A DNA stretch of 64,000 bases, taken from Phallusia mammillata (Eukaryota). How positions within the stretch are numbered: the first letter of the stretch is position 1; each line of letters opens with the position of its first letter. Where the stretch lies: NCBI GenBank assembly GCA_965637545.1, contig OZ281497.1:17298001-17362000 (forward strand). Reading direction: 5' to 3'. The position numbers were made by a program, and so were the translations under genes. Shown here one piece after another: positions 24,756-36,473 of the stretch. Under the pieces are notes generated by a model. That model did no database searches and was not told the origin of the DNA. It saw only the letters and a list, made by a program, of their open reading frames with translations.

Positions 24756-27700
24756 TCACTCGATAAAGTAGACCAAGGGAAGGAACATAACTGTCCACCA
24801 ACATTTCCACAATCTTAAGCCTGTCGTATCCTTGGTTGTTGCACCTGACGTAGTCGTGGAAACAGTTGTTGTTGTCGTCGTGGTAGCTCTCGGCGTCGTT
24901 GTTTGGGCTGCTTGCAAATAGGACCAGTTTGTCATGTCTGTATAAAAAGCATAGTTCATTTTATAAGTTAACATGTATAGGTGTGATTTAATCATAGGAA
25001 GCAGGTACATTTTTGTAGAAAATCGTGTGGAGATTGAAGTTTCGCCTACCTGTGACTTGAATAGAAATAATAATGGAATCGTGTTTGATGTATGACTTCA
25101 TAGTGCGCACGTTGTCCACCGTCACGAAAGACCTATAGCCCCATCCACGATTAAATTCCTGTAAAGATATGATTTGAAAAACAAATTAGCTCTGCATAGA
25201 AATAGAAACAAGTTTCGACAAAACATAATGACATGTTTTCATGTTACCGTGGTTGGTTGTCCCCAAGGTTCCGAGTTGGTGTCTGTGAGAAAGTTTGCAA
25301 TAACGTTACTTTGCTGCAGGACGTCGGCAGTTTGATCAACGAGAGAAAGTTTAATGTATCGATTTTGAAACGGCCACTCAAGCTGGTCATCATTTACTCC
25401 TCGAGCGATGTGGAAGAACACGGACATATAAGTTGAGTCAGATGAAAGGCTGTCTCCAAACGGGTAAATCTAAGAAGAAAAACCTCTTTTACCGATGTCT
25501 TATAAAAATATCGTTGGTTGGACGGTTGTGCATTTATAGGTCACAAACATTCACCTAGTTAGTGCAAAATTAGTTTTAGCAATAAGGCCCAAACTCTTGT
25601 CGAAGTCCAGAACATCGTACAATACCGTGAGAACAAAAGCATATCCGTCGTTTGTATACATCAAAGGACTCTGAAAAACGTCTCCTCTGCTGGATGTATC
25701 TAGCTTATCAGAAAAACCTTCAAGGGTGAAGAAACCAGTTTCACACGATCTGTCAATCACGTTGACGTCATCGATCGCAACAACGTCAGCTGATCCTAAA
25801 GGGTTGTATTTGCAAAGTTTGCATCTTTAGCTGTGATTTCTACAGTTTTCATATCCACGGTTTTCAATAATTTATGTACTTAAAGATGAGTATAGGTATT
25901 TTGGTGTCTGGTTTAAACTCACAAGAATACAAATTTGTCTGTAAGCTATCAAACCTGCTGTAGCTGTAAAGAGGAGTTTAAACTCGGAAGGAGCTGACAT
26001 CGTCACTCGAGCTTTCCTCCACATTTGTCCTTGGTCTCCATTTAATGTAAATATTTCACCAAGATTGCTTGAAGTAGTTGATTCCAGTGTTACACTGAAA
26101 CAGTATAATTTTTTTATCAACCTAAACTTTAAAATACACACAAAATAGTGTTAAATGCGTTAATAGTTCCAAACAATCACATGGAAGCATTCCCACCTTA
26201 AAGCTATTTCTGTGTTTGTAGAGTGCATGTAGTAGGAGAACTCTAAACATTGTGTGCTGACAGTGGATTGTAGCAGAGGGGTTCGAACTTTTAAAAAAGT
26301 TGGAGAAGGATTTGACGAAGTTGCAACCAGGACGTTTCCTGTGAATTTTGTCACCAAAATTTAGTAAAAGAAACTTTATTTACAACATAGCCACGGCCCA
26401 TAGTGGTACTGTATTGACAAACACATGAAACGTTTTTCTCGGCATCTAGCATCCTACAGGGTTTGAATTTGGCCCAGCTACAGTCCTCTGATGGGTTTCA
26501 ACCAAGATTCTCAACCTGTAGTGAAATTCTAAACTTATTTGGATTAAGAATTGCAACAAATTACTATCCACTCCCAACTGGCTGCCCTGGTATTCGGCGG
26601 GAACTCGTGTCTTGGACATTCTTTTGGGATAACATCATTGCTGACAAGGAGTCAAGAAGAATTTACCCACTCTCTTGGTACAACCATATAATTCAGATTC
26701 AGGTGGTACGCAGCGATAGGAAAAGTCATCAGGTGGTACGCGATCAGTAGAAGGTTGGGAATCACTTGTTTAAAATTTAAACAATGGACCACAAAACATT
26801 ATCTGCAGAATATCTACAAATGACTGAAAATGCACTTACCTGTATCAATTTGACCAAATGTTGCATCAGTTTGCAAAAGATCGGGTAACGACACGGAGAC
26901 TGAATGACGTATCCAACCTGTGTTTTCTGCTACGTATCCACATATCGAATTGTCTTCAAAGTCACAAAAGTACGAATATCTCTGTATATCGCCTACACCA
27001 CATAAATGCATAACAGTAGATTGGATTTGACATCAATAAGCTGTACAGTCGACCCTCACCAAAGTCGTACATCCGTTGAATTTTTGTCAGATCCCCGGAA
27101 CTCATAGCTTGTCCTGTACCGATTACACTTTGAAATGCGGGGTTAAGGGTCACTATCGCCGGTGAACCATTAGCTCTAAAACATAACATGTTCGCCATAA
27201 ATGTATTTTAGTGGTAATACAGTAATAATACATACAGTGTCCAGCATCAACTTACGAGAATGCGTTTTGAGTGTAATGCATGATTGAGTAGTAATCATAC
27301 GGAACACGCTGATGATCAACAAAGCTAACTTCGTATCTGAGGAAGTTATGATGATTGTCTAATGAAAAAAAAAGTTTGTTCATTTTAGATGACTTCCATT
27401 GTTTTTTACGATTTACCTTCTCCAACATTTTCTAACTGCACTGTGACGTAATCGTCGCGGTCGGGTCTCGATTGTTCGTGGAAGAGACCTAGAGCATGCA
27501 AAATTTCATGTTGTACTATGTCTATCAATTCACACCCGCTTCCGATTGAAAGTGTTTGAGCACCACCTCGACGTCCAACAAATGAAAAACACCTGAAATG
27601 GTACCTATGCTTTGTGCTTAACATATTTGTTTAGTGGTATTTTCAAAGTGTGTACAGAAACGTTTTCGGAAATATCCATGTGTGACATTCAATCGGTTTC

Positions 27701-28842
27701 GTTTTCGTGTCATCTTATGTTTTCAAGCAATTGCACAACTATTTACAAATATTTTTAACAAAATTATTAATATTGTCTGTTAAACCTTGCACCTACCCTT
27801 CAAGTGGCGCTATGCTGATGTAGTCTGTTTCAACGGACTGGTTGACAAATTTGAAACATGTTTTAAGTTCAAGATCTTCGATTCCTTCCATAATGGTCGC
27901 AATGGCCTGTGAAATCACCACAAAATGTTTCGATCTCAAGCTTAGAAAAGTACTCGGTAGTTTGTGTTAGGTTACCAGAAGCGAAAGCTGATCAGAGAAG
28001 TGAACCGGAATATTTTTGCTCCATCTAGTGTTCTCGTCAATAAGACCGTTTCTTGCAGTTTCCTCCAGAATATCATTGCCATGAAGGAAGTTATCTAAAA
28101 ATGTTTCACACTCTTAATCTTAATTAATGACCATGTGAAGCAAACAATTCAAAATGGATGTAAGCATCACTTGATTTGTTGATCTCAATGAGTTAATAAT
28201 AGACCGATTTACTGAGCTGCTTAACAATTAAAGCTTTGGTCAAGCCCAGAGATTTTACAATTGGTTATTGTATATCAGTCGATCAATAGGCTGAACTAAA
28301 TGACAGCAAACTTTTTAATTTGCGCAATGACTTTTACTTCGTTTCACAAGCCTCTGAATGGCAGTTCCGTACCTTTGTTAACTTCTGTGATTCGTCTTTT
28401 GTTACCAGCGTCGACATCAATGGTGTTTGATTTCGGGTTGTTTCCTACAGCAAGTATTGACACAACTTACAGAAGATTATACTTTTTTGACTATTGTGGC
28501 ATACCATGCTACAATATGAGTATTCACCACATTTTTAATTGATTATTGGTAGGCTGCATTTTATTTTTCCTACTGGAGGTTTTAAGCAGTTGAATTAAGG
28601 TTTTATGTGTAAGTCAAAATACTATATCTTATGAATCTTTTGTCAAGGGATAAAATCATATGTCACCTTCCAAGTCCACTCCTCCATCATCTTGTCTTTT
28701 TGGTATGAAGCTTGTCTAAAAGAAAAATAAATTTAATACAAATCTAACGAGTAGCAACTTAAAAGCAATGACATACTTGAAACTGAGGAAGTTGATAAAT
28801 TAGGACAAAGATAAGAAGTCTGCCATACAGATATTTCTTCAT
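24756..28842 (-). CDS. Meprin-like copy 4, intact, 15 exons
   Basis: In-frame splice of all exons; HEILHALGLFH, SIMHY, MAM, MATH, Thr-rich final exon ending WWTVMFLPLVYFIE*. Confidence 0.92.
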
Positions 28843-29930
28843 TTTAATTTACGACTGATAAATATCTTTAAAAAAACGTATGCTTTCAACAACGTTAACA
28901 ACAATTGAAGAAAGTGCTCTGCAAGTGTAATCTATAATACCAGTATGACCAGTCACGCCTCTTCATATACTTGTTGCTTATCTTTTTGCGTTACAGGTAC
29001 TTTCTAGCTAAACTTTCTTTTACAAAACAACGTTTGAAAGGTGGGGATCGCTCCTGAACTGTATGAACAATTAAAGCTGTATGAACCAGTTCTGGCGACG
29101 TGCACTGAAGGAACTCGTATCTTGTGTTTGTTTTTCTTGAAAACACAACAAAGGAGGATCATATTTCTGTATGAGGTATTTGTGGATCGGTATATGTCTT
29201 GGAAAACATGTGACATACAGTTGTATATGTGTCAGCTCATATCCTGATTTAATATATCTCAGAATAACTTTAACCTGTTCCTCACGAAAAATGCATAATC
29301 CCATGTACCAATCATTTTCTAGACGTTCTACAAAACAAAACTGACGTGTAGTTAAATAAGTTAACGCGTCATAGTTCGTGGCCAAATAAACGAGACTTGT
29401 TTAAGAAACAATCAAAATGACCGGCCAATTATAGGCATCTAGTACGCCAAGAGTTTCGAACATGGGTATTATAAAAAAAATTAATTTGCGTAAATAGTGC
29501 TTCATGTCAAATGTCACCTAAACAAAAATATTGAGTCCCGTTTTTTCTCAGACATATATATAACATATTTTACGTACACGTACATATTTGGTGTGAAACG
29601 AACAATTACATAAAATAAGATGTGCCATTTGCCCTACCGGTTGGAGTCTAACACACAATTTTACTCTCTTGTACTCTCACGAAATTAAAAATGTTACTCT
29701 CACGAAATTAAATGCAAACAGCATTGCGAACTAAAACGGAGTGAAAATATTATGCTATTCAAACAGCATTTTACAATGATGGTGAGAAATGTAGTTTCGC
29801 ACCATTATTTGCTTAGTCACTCGTCTTTTGTGCGTTGCCTTGACTTAGGCGTCTGTTGATATTAGGTTGTTTCCAGACTTGCGTAATACTTCGTATCCAT
29901 ATGATTTCTATGTTAGCTTTTGTTTATTGG

Positions 29931-30224
29931 GGTAGAGCTACTAACACGATACCTCCTGGGTGATCCAAAAGTGCCTAATTTTTGAAACGGTATATCTAAA
30001 AAAATGCTAACGGTTAGGGCTATTAGGGCCGGGGTAAGGTATTAGCATTTAAAATTCAATAAAACTAACCCAAAAAATTAGTTACTAATGTAAAATTTTC
30101 AAACATTTGCATCCTTAACCAACCCCTCTTTAGTCGCTAAAAAAATAATTCAGCTCTTTACGCCACTTATCGAAAATTAAGCACTTTTGGATCACCCAGG
30201 AGGTATCGTGTTAGTAGCTCTACC
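29931..30224. mobile_element. Mutator-like MITE
   Basis: 44-bp perfect TIR GGTAGAGCTACTAACACGATACCTCCTGGGTGATCCAAAAGTGC; 9-bp TSD GTTTATTGG/GGTTATTGG. Confidence 0.85.
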
Positions 30225-30715
30225 GGTTATTGGCTGCAAAACGCGACAGTTACATGTTTACAAAATACACCAATTATTGTTTAAAACGCACTATATCTGT
30301 AGGTTCTATTGCACTTAACCTGTAGTAGGTGTGTAATAAATTGTTGGCAAACCACTTTCCACTAACTTTTTATCTGTCAATGGACTTTTTGTAACAGAAC
30401 CGGCTGAAAAATATGACGTTTGTGATAAAACCGGCTGACAAAAAGTTTGAATCCACCACTGCTTGTAAACCTATTGTTGTACCTCCCTATTCTATATGTA
30501 TATATTGTATTTCTGTATTACTGCTCATTACAAAACATCATCTGGTGGGCAAAACATTATTAGCCAGAATCGTCGCAGCAAATTTTGAAACACAACACAG
30601 GAAGCATATTTTTTATGCATTCAGGATTCTTAATAACAAGCGAATGCAAACATCTAAAGCCACGCGAAAGACAACGACAACGGCGTATATTTAAGCGCAT
30701 TTGGTTTGATTGCAC

Positions 30716-33700
30716 CTAAATGTACAACATGCACACAATCATATGCAACAAAACGGATCCTGGCCATTTTGGTAAGAGTCCAGCAGAACCACACTGCCTG
30801 TCATCATCTGCCACAGACGTCTTTTTCGGTAATTCTTTCCATTTGTTCATGTCTGCCACAGAAATTATAAATGCGATATTATTTCTATTTGCAACAACTA
30901 GTAAAACGAGACAACCTTATGTTCAGTAAAACCATCATTACACGGTCAGCGTGCAGTTGATGTATATAATAATCAATAACTAAATAAGCTGATTTCTTTT
31001 GTAGACTTGTAGCTTTTTCGTTTTTTTATCGTTGCTGAAGAGTTGCTTTTGAAATAACCTATACTCACTTCTAATTGCTACTTATAATTCCTACTGTATT
31101 GAATGCTACTCACCTTTAACCTGTATGGAAAACAGCAAAGTATCATGTTTTATGTACGAGTTCTTGTTGAGGACATCTGCAACTGGCATAAAGTAGCTGT
31201 AACCCCAACCAACACCAATCTCCTGTGGACAAAAAAACCTTTATTCCACCAAGCATTTTTTTCAGCACAGCTGCTACAGACTTTATTTAATCTTTTGAAA
31301 AAGGGTTTTCTAAAGAACTTGTCGATTTCCACGTGTGGCGTTTTTTTTTACAAAGGTTAATTAGCTGGACCGATAGCCATGACATCGTAACTAATTAAAC
31401 CAATGAAGAGAAAAAAAGCTCTTACTGAAGTTGGTCTTTCCCAAACTGGGTTATCAGCAGTAGTGTTGAGATTACGAAATGAGTTCATCCGATGCAAACT
31501 ATTGGACGATTGGTCGACTACCGAAAATTTTATGAAACGATTTGCAAACGGCCACTGCAGTCGATCATCATTCACTCCTTGAGCCAAGTGAAAGAACACG
31601 GACATATATCCAGGATACTCGCTGCTTCGTCCGACAGGATACACCTGTATGAAATATGAATATCACTTTGTTAAATAACTTCTCTTCTGCGATTCACACC
31701 TGCAAGTTCCGGTAAGCAAACTCGGTAAGTGACCATATTTTCACATAACTTACTAATAACAGTACGAACCAATTTAGCATAGCCAGGCTCTATATTTACC
31801 GATATTCTGAAAGCATATCCATCATCGGTGTAAAGCAACGGGCTTATATAACCCTCAGCGATTTCAGTTGTGCTTAAAATTTGGGAATAGTTTCGAAAGT
31901 GCACGTGCGCGGTTTCGCAAGGCCGGTCGATCACGTTGACGTCATCGATTGCAATGACGTCATTAGACTCTGCAGAGTTATGTACGATTATGATTAAAAC
32001 GTTTTGCTTTTATAAAATTCGGATGTATGCAGTAGTACTGTGGTACATCAAAGTTTAGAATTTCTCCTGTTAGTTATACGCTAATTACCGTTTACATTTA
32101 AAAGGTCGTTGATGCAATTGAGTTACCCAATGTTACAGTGAAGCGTAGTTTGTATTCTGTAGATGAGGTTATCGTTAATAACGCTGTGGTCCACATTTGT
32201 ACTTGATTGTTATCTACAACTAACAACTCCGTAATGCTGACGCTGCCATCAGAATTTTGCGTCTCCTTAGCAACACTTAAAAAAAGAATTGTTTACGCAG
32301 CTATAAAACAACCTCTTTAAAAGCAGTCTAGTTTTCAATGACTTTTTGACAGGCATTAATGCTACACGTATTTGTTTACCTCAATGAAATCGCGTTTGAA
32401 CTAACATAGTATGAGAATTCTAAACACTGTGCATCAGCTGTAGGTTCCAGTAACGGTGAAAACATTCTCTTTGTTGTTCGGTAGAAGCCACCAGTTTGCT
32501 GGGCGATCATCATATGTCCTGTGACAAGTTCAATTTTGCACTGTGTGCATATTGTTTCGCACCAATGCAAATGTATTAAGATCTGCTGGTGGTCGATTGA
32601 AACAAGTAACTGATAAGCAAAAAGCGTATGACATTGGCATTTCAACCTTTGTCTGCTACATCATAAGTAGCGTCGGTTTTCGGTAGTATCGATGAAGAGA
32701 CTGTGGCAGATTGATGTTTCCAACCGCTTTCGGGTACGTAACCGCATATTGAAGGATCCTCGAAGTCGCAAAAGTACGAAACCCGCGCAGTGTCGCCTTC
32801 GAAACACAAGCAAAATATAAGTGATGCCTGCACGTGCTCAGACTGCAGAATTTGTATAGTATTTTTGTATGACAGTTGTAATTTCGTACATGTCTAAGCT
32901 TGTTTCAAATTTTACTTCGCGGTATGGCACAAGCGTAACGAAAGCGTGCGTTATAGCCAGGGTTGCCATCGACTTGAATCCAAAAATAAGGACAACCGAA
33001 AAATTAAATTTTAAAACGAAACGAAGCCAACGTTTTTTTAACAAATCTTTGCATTTATACGTCCCCTGACATATAATATGCAATATTTTGGCCAGAAACA
33101 ATCTGTTTCAGCAACTCCTTGCTCGTAGTAAACACCTTGCGCATCTCACGACCGCTAATGTCTCGTTTTACGTTTACTAGTAGCATGGTTTTGACTTGTA
33201 ATTGTTGAAAATAAGACAAAAGAAGGACTCAAGTCCAAAATAAGGACATTTCTTAGAAATAAGGACATTGAACTTTTCTAAGACACTACCGTTCAAAATA
33301 AGGACAAATCTTAGAAATAAGGACGGTATGGCAACCCTGGTTATAGCTAACGATAGTGCAAGCCGATGTATAAATTTTACAATGCTTTGACGTCAGTAAT
33401 TCGGATAAAACAAACTACAAGAGATTTCATGTCATGACGCAATCCAGTCTTAACATCACGTACACCCACAGTCACACTATTCTAGATCTTACCACAATCG
33501 TACATTCTTCTCACTTTTGCAAGGTCACCTTCACTCAAAGCTCGTGTGGTTCCAATAACATCTTGAAAAACTGGATTTTTTGTCACGATCGTTGGTGATC
33601 CATTCGTACTAGTTAGTGTGATAAAAAGTATTTGTAAATGATTTTACCGATTGGCTATGTTCAAATGCAATAATTTTGGAACAAAATGATTTTCTGTAAC

Positions 33701-35397
33701 CAAGTAGTTATAGGACTGTTAAGTTCTGAAGGAACACTGAAAGCTTGAAAAAACTGTGGTTTGTGACAACATTTTCCCCTGTACATAAACTATGAAGTGA
33801 ACTTTAACAAACAATGCTATTAGACCAGCTTTTCAACATAAATATGCGGTAACATGTAGTGTACATCCAATCCTATATTTACGCTTACCTAAATGCTGTG
33901 GATGTATAGTGCATTAGCGAATAGTAATCATATGGGATTCGCTTTGGATGTATCAAAGTCTTGTCGTAGCTGTCAAAGTTATGTTCTCTTCCTGAAATGT
34001 AAACAAAAGTTCACGCATGTACATATGTTGGGAAAGACATTTTACACAGCAAATATACCTTTAAACGTTATAAACCACCAGTAGATTGCAAAATTTACAG
34101 TCATCGCCACATTTCACATTTTACCTTCCAAAATATTTTCAAATTGAATACTGACGTAGTCGTCGCGGTCCGATCTCGATTGTTCGTGAAATAAACCGAG
34201 AGCGTGTAAAATTTCATGTTCAACTGTGTCCATTAATTCACACCCGCTGCCGATCGACAAAACTTGCACACCACTTTGCCGACCGACGTAAGAAAAACAT
34301 CTGTTAAATTTAATCTACAGTTGAATTTAAAACCGAAAAAGGAGTAGATATGAAAGTACATGAAGAAAAGAAAAAAAATATATTGTCAAGTTTTTTTGTG
34401 TTATGAAGTCGCTTTTGATTTTCAACTCATTTTTTTTCAAAAACAAAACACCAGTATTTTGATTTGAAAATATATAATATATCATGTTTGTAAAATAAAC
34501 TGGATAATATACCCCACAAGGCGTTGAAATTCAATGAAATCTTTCTGGTCCGTTCGGTTAACGAAAGAAAGACATGTTTTTAATTCCAAATCTTCAAATG
34601 CTTCTAAAATAGCCGCAATCGCCTGCAAGTACAAACACCAAGCCATATTGTTTGAATTCCGAAATTCCGGTTTAAAGGCGTTACCACAGGGTATAAGTGT
34701 TGAGCGAATTGAACAGGGACTACTCTACCCCATCGAGTAGTTTCGTTAATAAGGCCGTTCTTCGGCGATCCTTTTCCGGGAACAATGTCATCACCACCCA
34801 GGAAATTTCCTTTTAAGCAATAAAATCCATTGTGCACAATGCCCGAACCAACGTGTTTAATTGAGACGAAAGCATACCTTTGTTTACTGCTGTGATATCT
34901 CTCTTGCTAATGTCGTCGACCCCGATTACTCTGGCCCCTTCATCTGAAGACGTAAGTAAATTTGCACTGCGTTAAGATCAAACCGCGTACTATACTGCCT
35001 AACTTATGTAAACAGTTTTAACATGAAATAACTTGTTACCTGACGATGCTTGCAGTCTTGTACTGAAGCTGTTGATTTTTATTATTTCTCCCTGTAAAGA
35101 TTGTATCTTGGGTCTTAAAGTTAAAATATAAACTGACAAAAATTAGAGGTTATTGTTTGAGACGTTAATAGAGTCAATTTTGTGTTCTGTTTATCTTATT
35201 GTCATGAAATTCCACCTTCACGAACCAGTAAGCTGACATTTTCTCTGAATTAATTAATGCACAGCTAGATTTGCACTGTTTCCGATGTAGTAGGACGTAC
35301 TGTTAAATAAGATACAAAATGTTCTTACCAGCGATACAGCATACTGCAGGCCAACCGCTAAAAGCAAAAGCAGAACCAAACTCGGAATAACTTTCAT
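30716..35397 (-). CDS. Meprin-like copy 5 (most divergent), intact, 15 exons
   Basis: Signal MKVIPSLVLLLLLAVGLQYAVSL; K|NGLINETTRW; KTCLSF; HEILHALGLFH; SLMHY; RMYDC; MAM; MATH; final exon DMNKW...RQCGSAGLLPKWPGSVLLHMIVCMLYI*. Confidence 0.9.
32958..33339. mobile_element. hAT-like MITE with AAATAAGGAC subterminal repeats
   Basis: TIR CAGGGTTGCCAT; perfect TSD GTTATAGC. Confidence 0.9.
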
Positions 35398-36473
35398 CCT
35401 GTGGATGCTTTTCTATTTTTATCTGCAATGTACAAAAACTGTTTTTGTTTCTTGCTGATAATAGATTTTTTTATTTCCAACGTATAAAGAAGACAATGCT
35501 CATGCGAAAAATTTAAACAGAGACATAAACGTTCAATCTTTGACTGATTTAACTTTTGCGACACAACCTTTTTATAGGTCTTCGGAAGAACAATAGAACA
35601 ATAGCAGCTATTTGTTTTAGACTAGATGAGTAACAGCGCGTTGGTTGCCAACTTTCAGGTTTAGCTATTCTTATTGGCACGTTTAGTTTTTTAAGAATCA
35701 TTGTTAAATTTTCGGAACGCTGAAAGGAGAATATAAAAGGCAAACAAATCGTTTTACCTTACAATAAAAATAATTGACAAATAAACTTGGGGATCTGTAC
35801 TTTGTTTGTCAAGGTTTATAGCATTTTCGTAGCAAGCCTGAACCTGTAGAGATGAAGCAGTTGCAAAAGATAATAAATTATTCACAATTTATACATTCAA
35901 ACATTTTGCTTTTTGTTTAACCTTTGAAGGTAACTTTGTATTCATTTAGATTTGCTCGTGGGCTTTAATCTTAATGAGTGGGTGATGCAGCTCTATAATT
36001 TCATATTTCTTACTATCAACAAGACCCTTTCAATGTTGTTTTTCACAGTAATAGCTGTAGGGATGGCTTTGATTAGTACTTTTATTGGAGATTTTGTTTA
36101 TTTTATTGAAGTGGCTACTGATCATCGTAGTTACCTGCGATAACCCTATTAATTTGTCTGGTCTTGTATAATTCTCTGTAGTAGGAAAAGATGGATTTTT
36201 CATAAAGAATACATAAATATAACCCGTTTAAATTATGTAAACAATCATCAAGACAAACAATTACCCGTTATCTGCAGGTATTTCATAACTTATATGCAAC
36301 GAAGCGCTTTAAAATTCAGTGTCTTTAAATGAGAACAGCATATTGCTCAAACTACATTCCACATTACTAAACGTACAAGCTGCCATACACCCAACAATTA
36401 AAAAAAACACAAACTGTTTGAAAATAAAGTTCAAGAACCGAATCTGCTATACAAAACCTACACACTAATACAA

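Noticed and set aside
34190-34210. Apparent frameshift in the copy 5 zinc-binding motif
   Set aside because: Re-reading gives CAC GCT CTC GGT TTA TTT CAC; the motif is intact.
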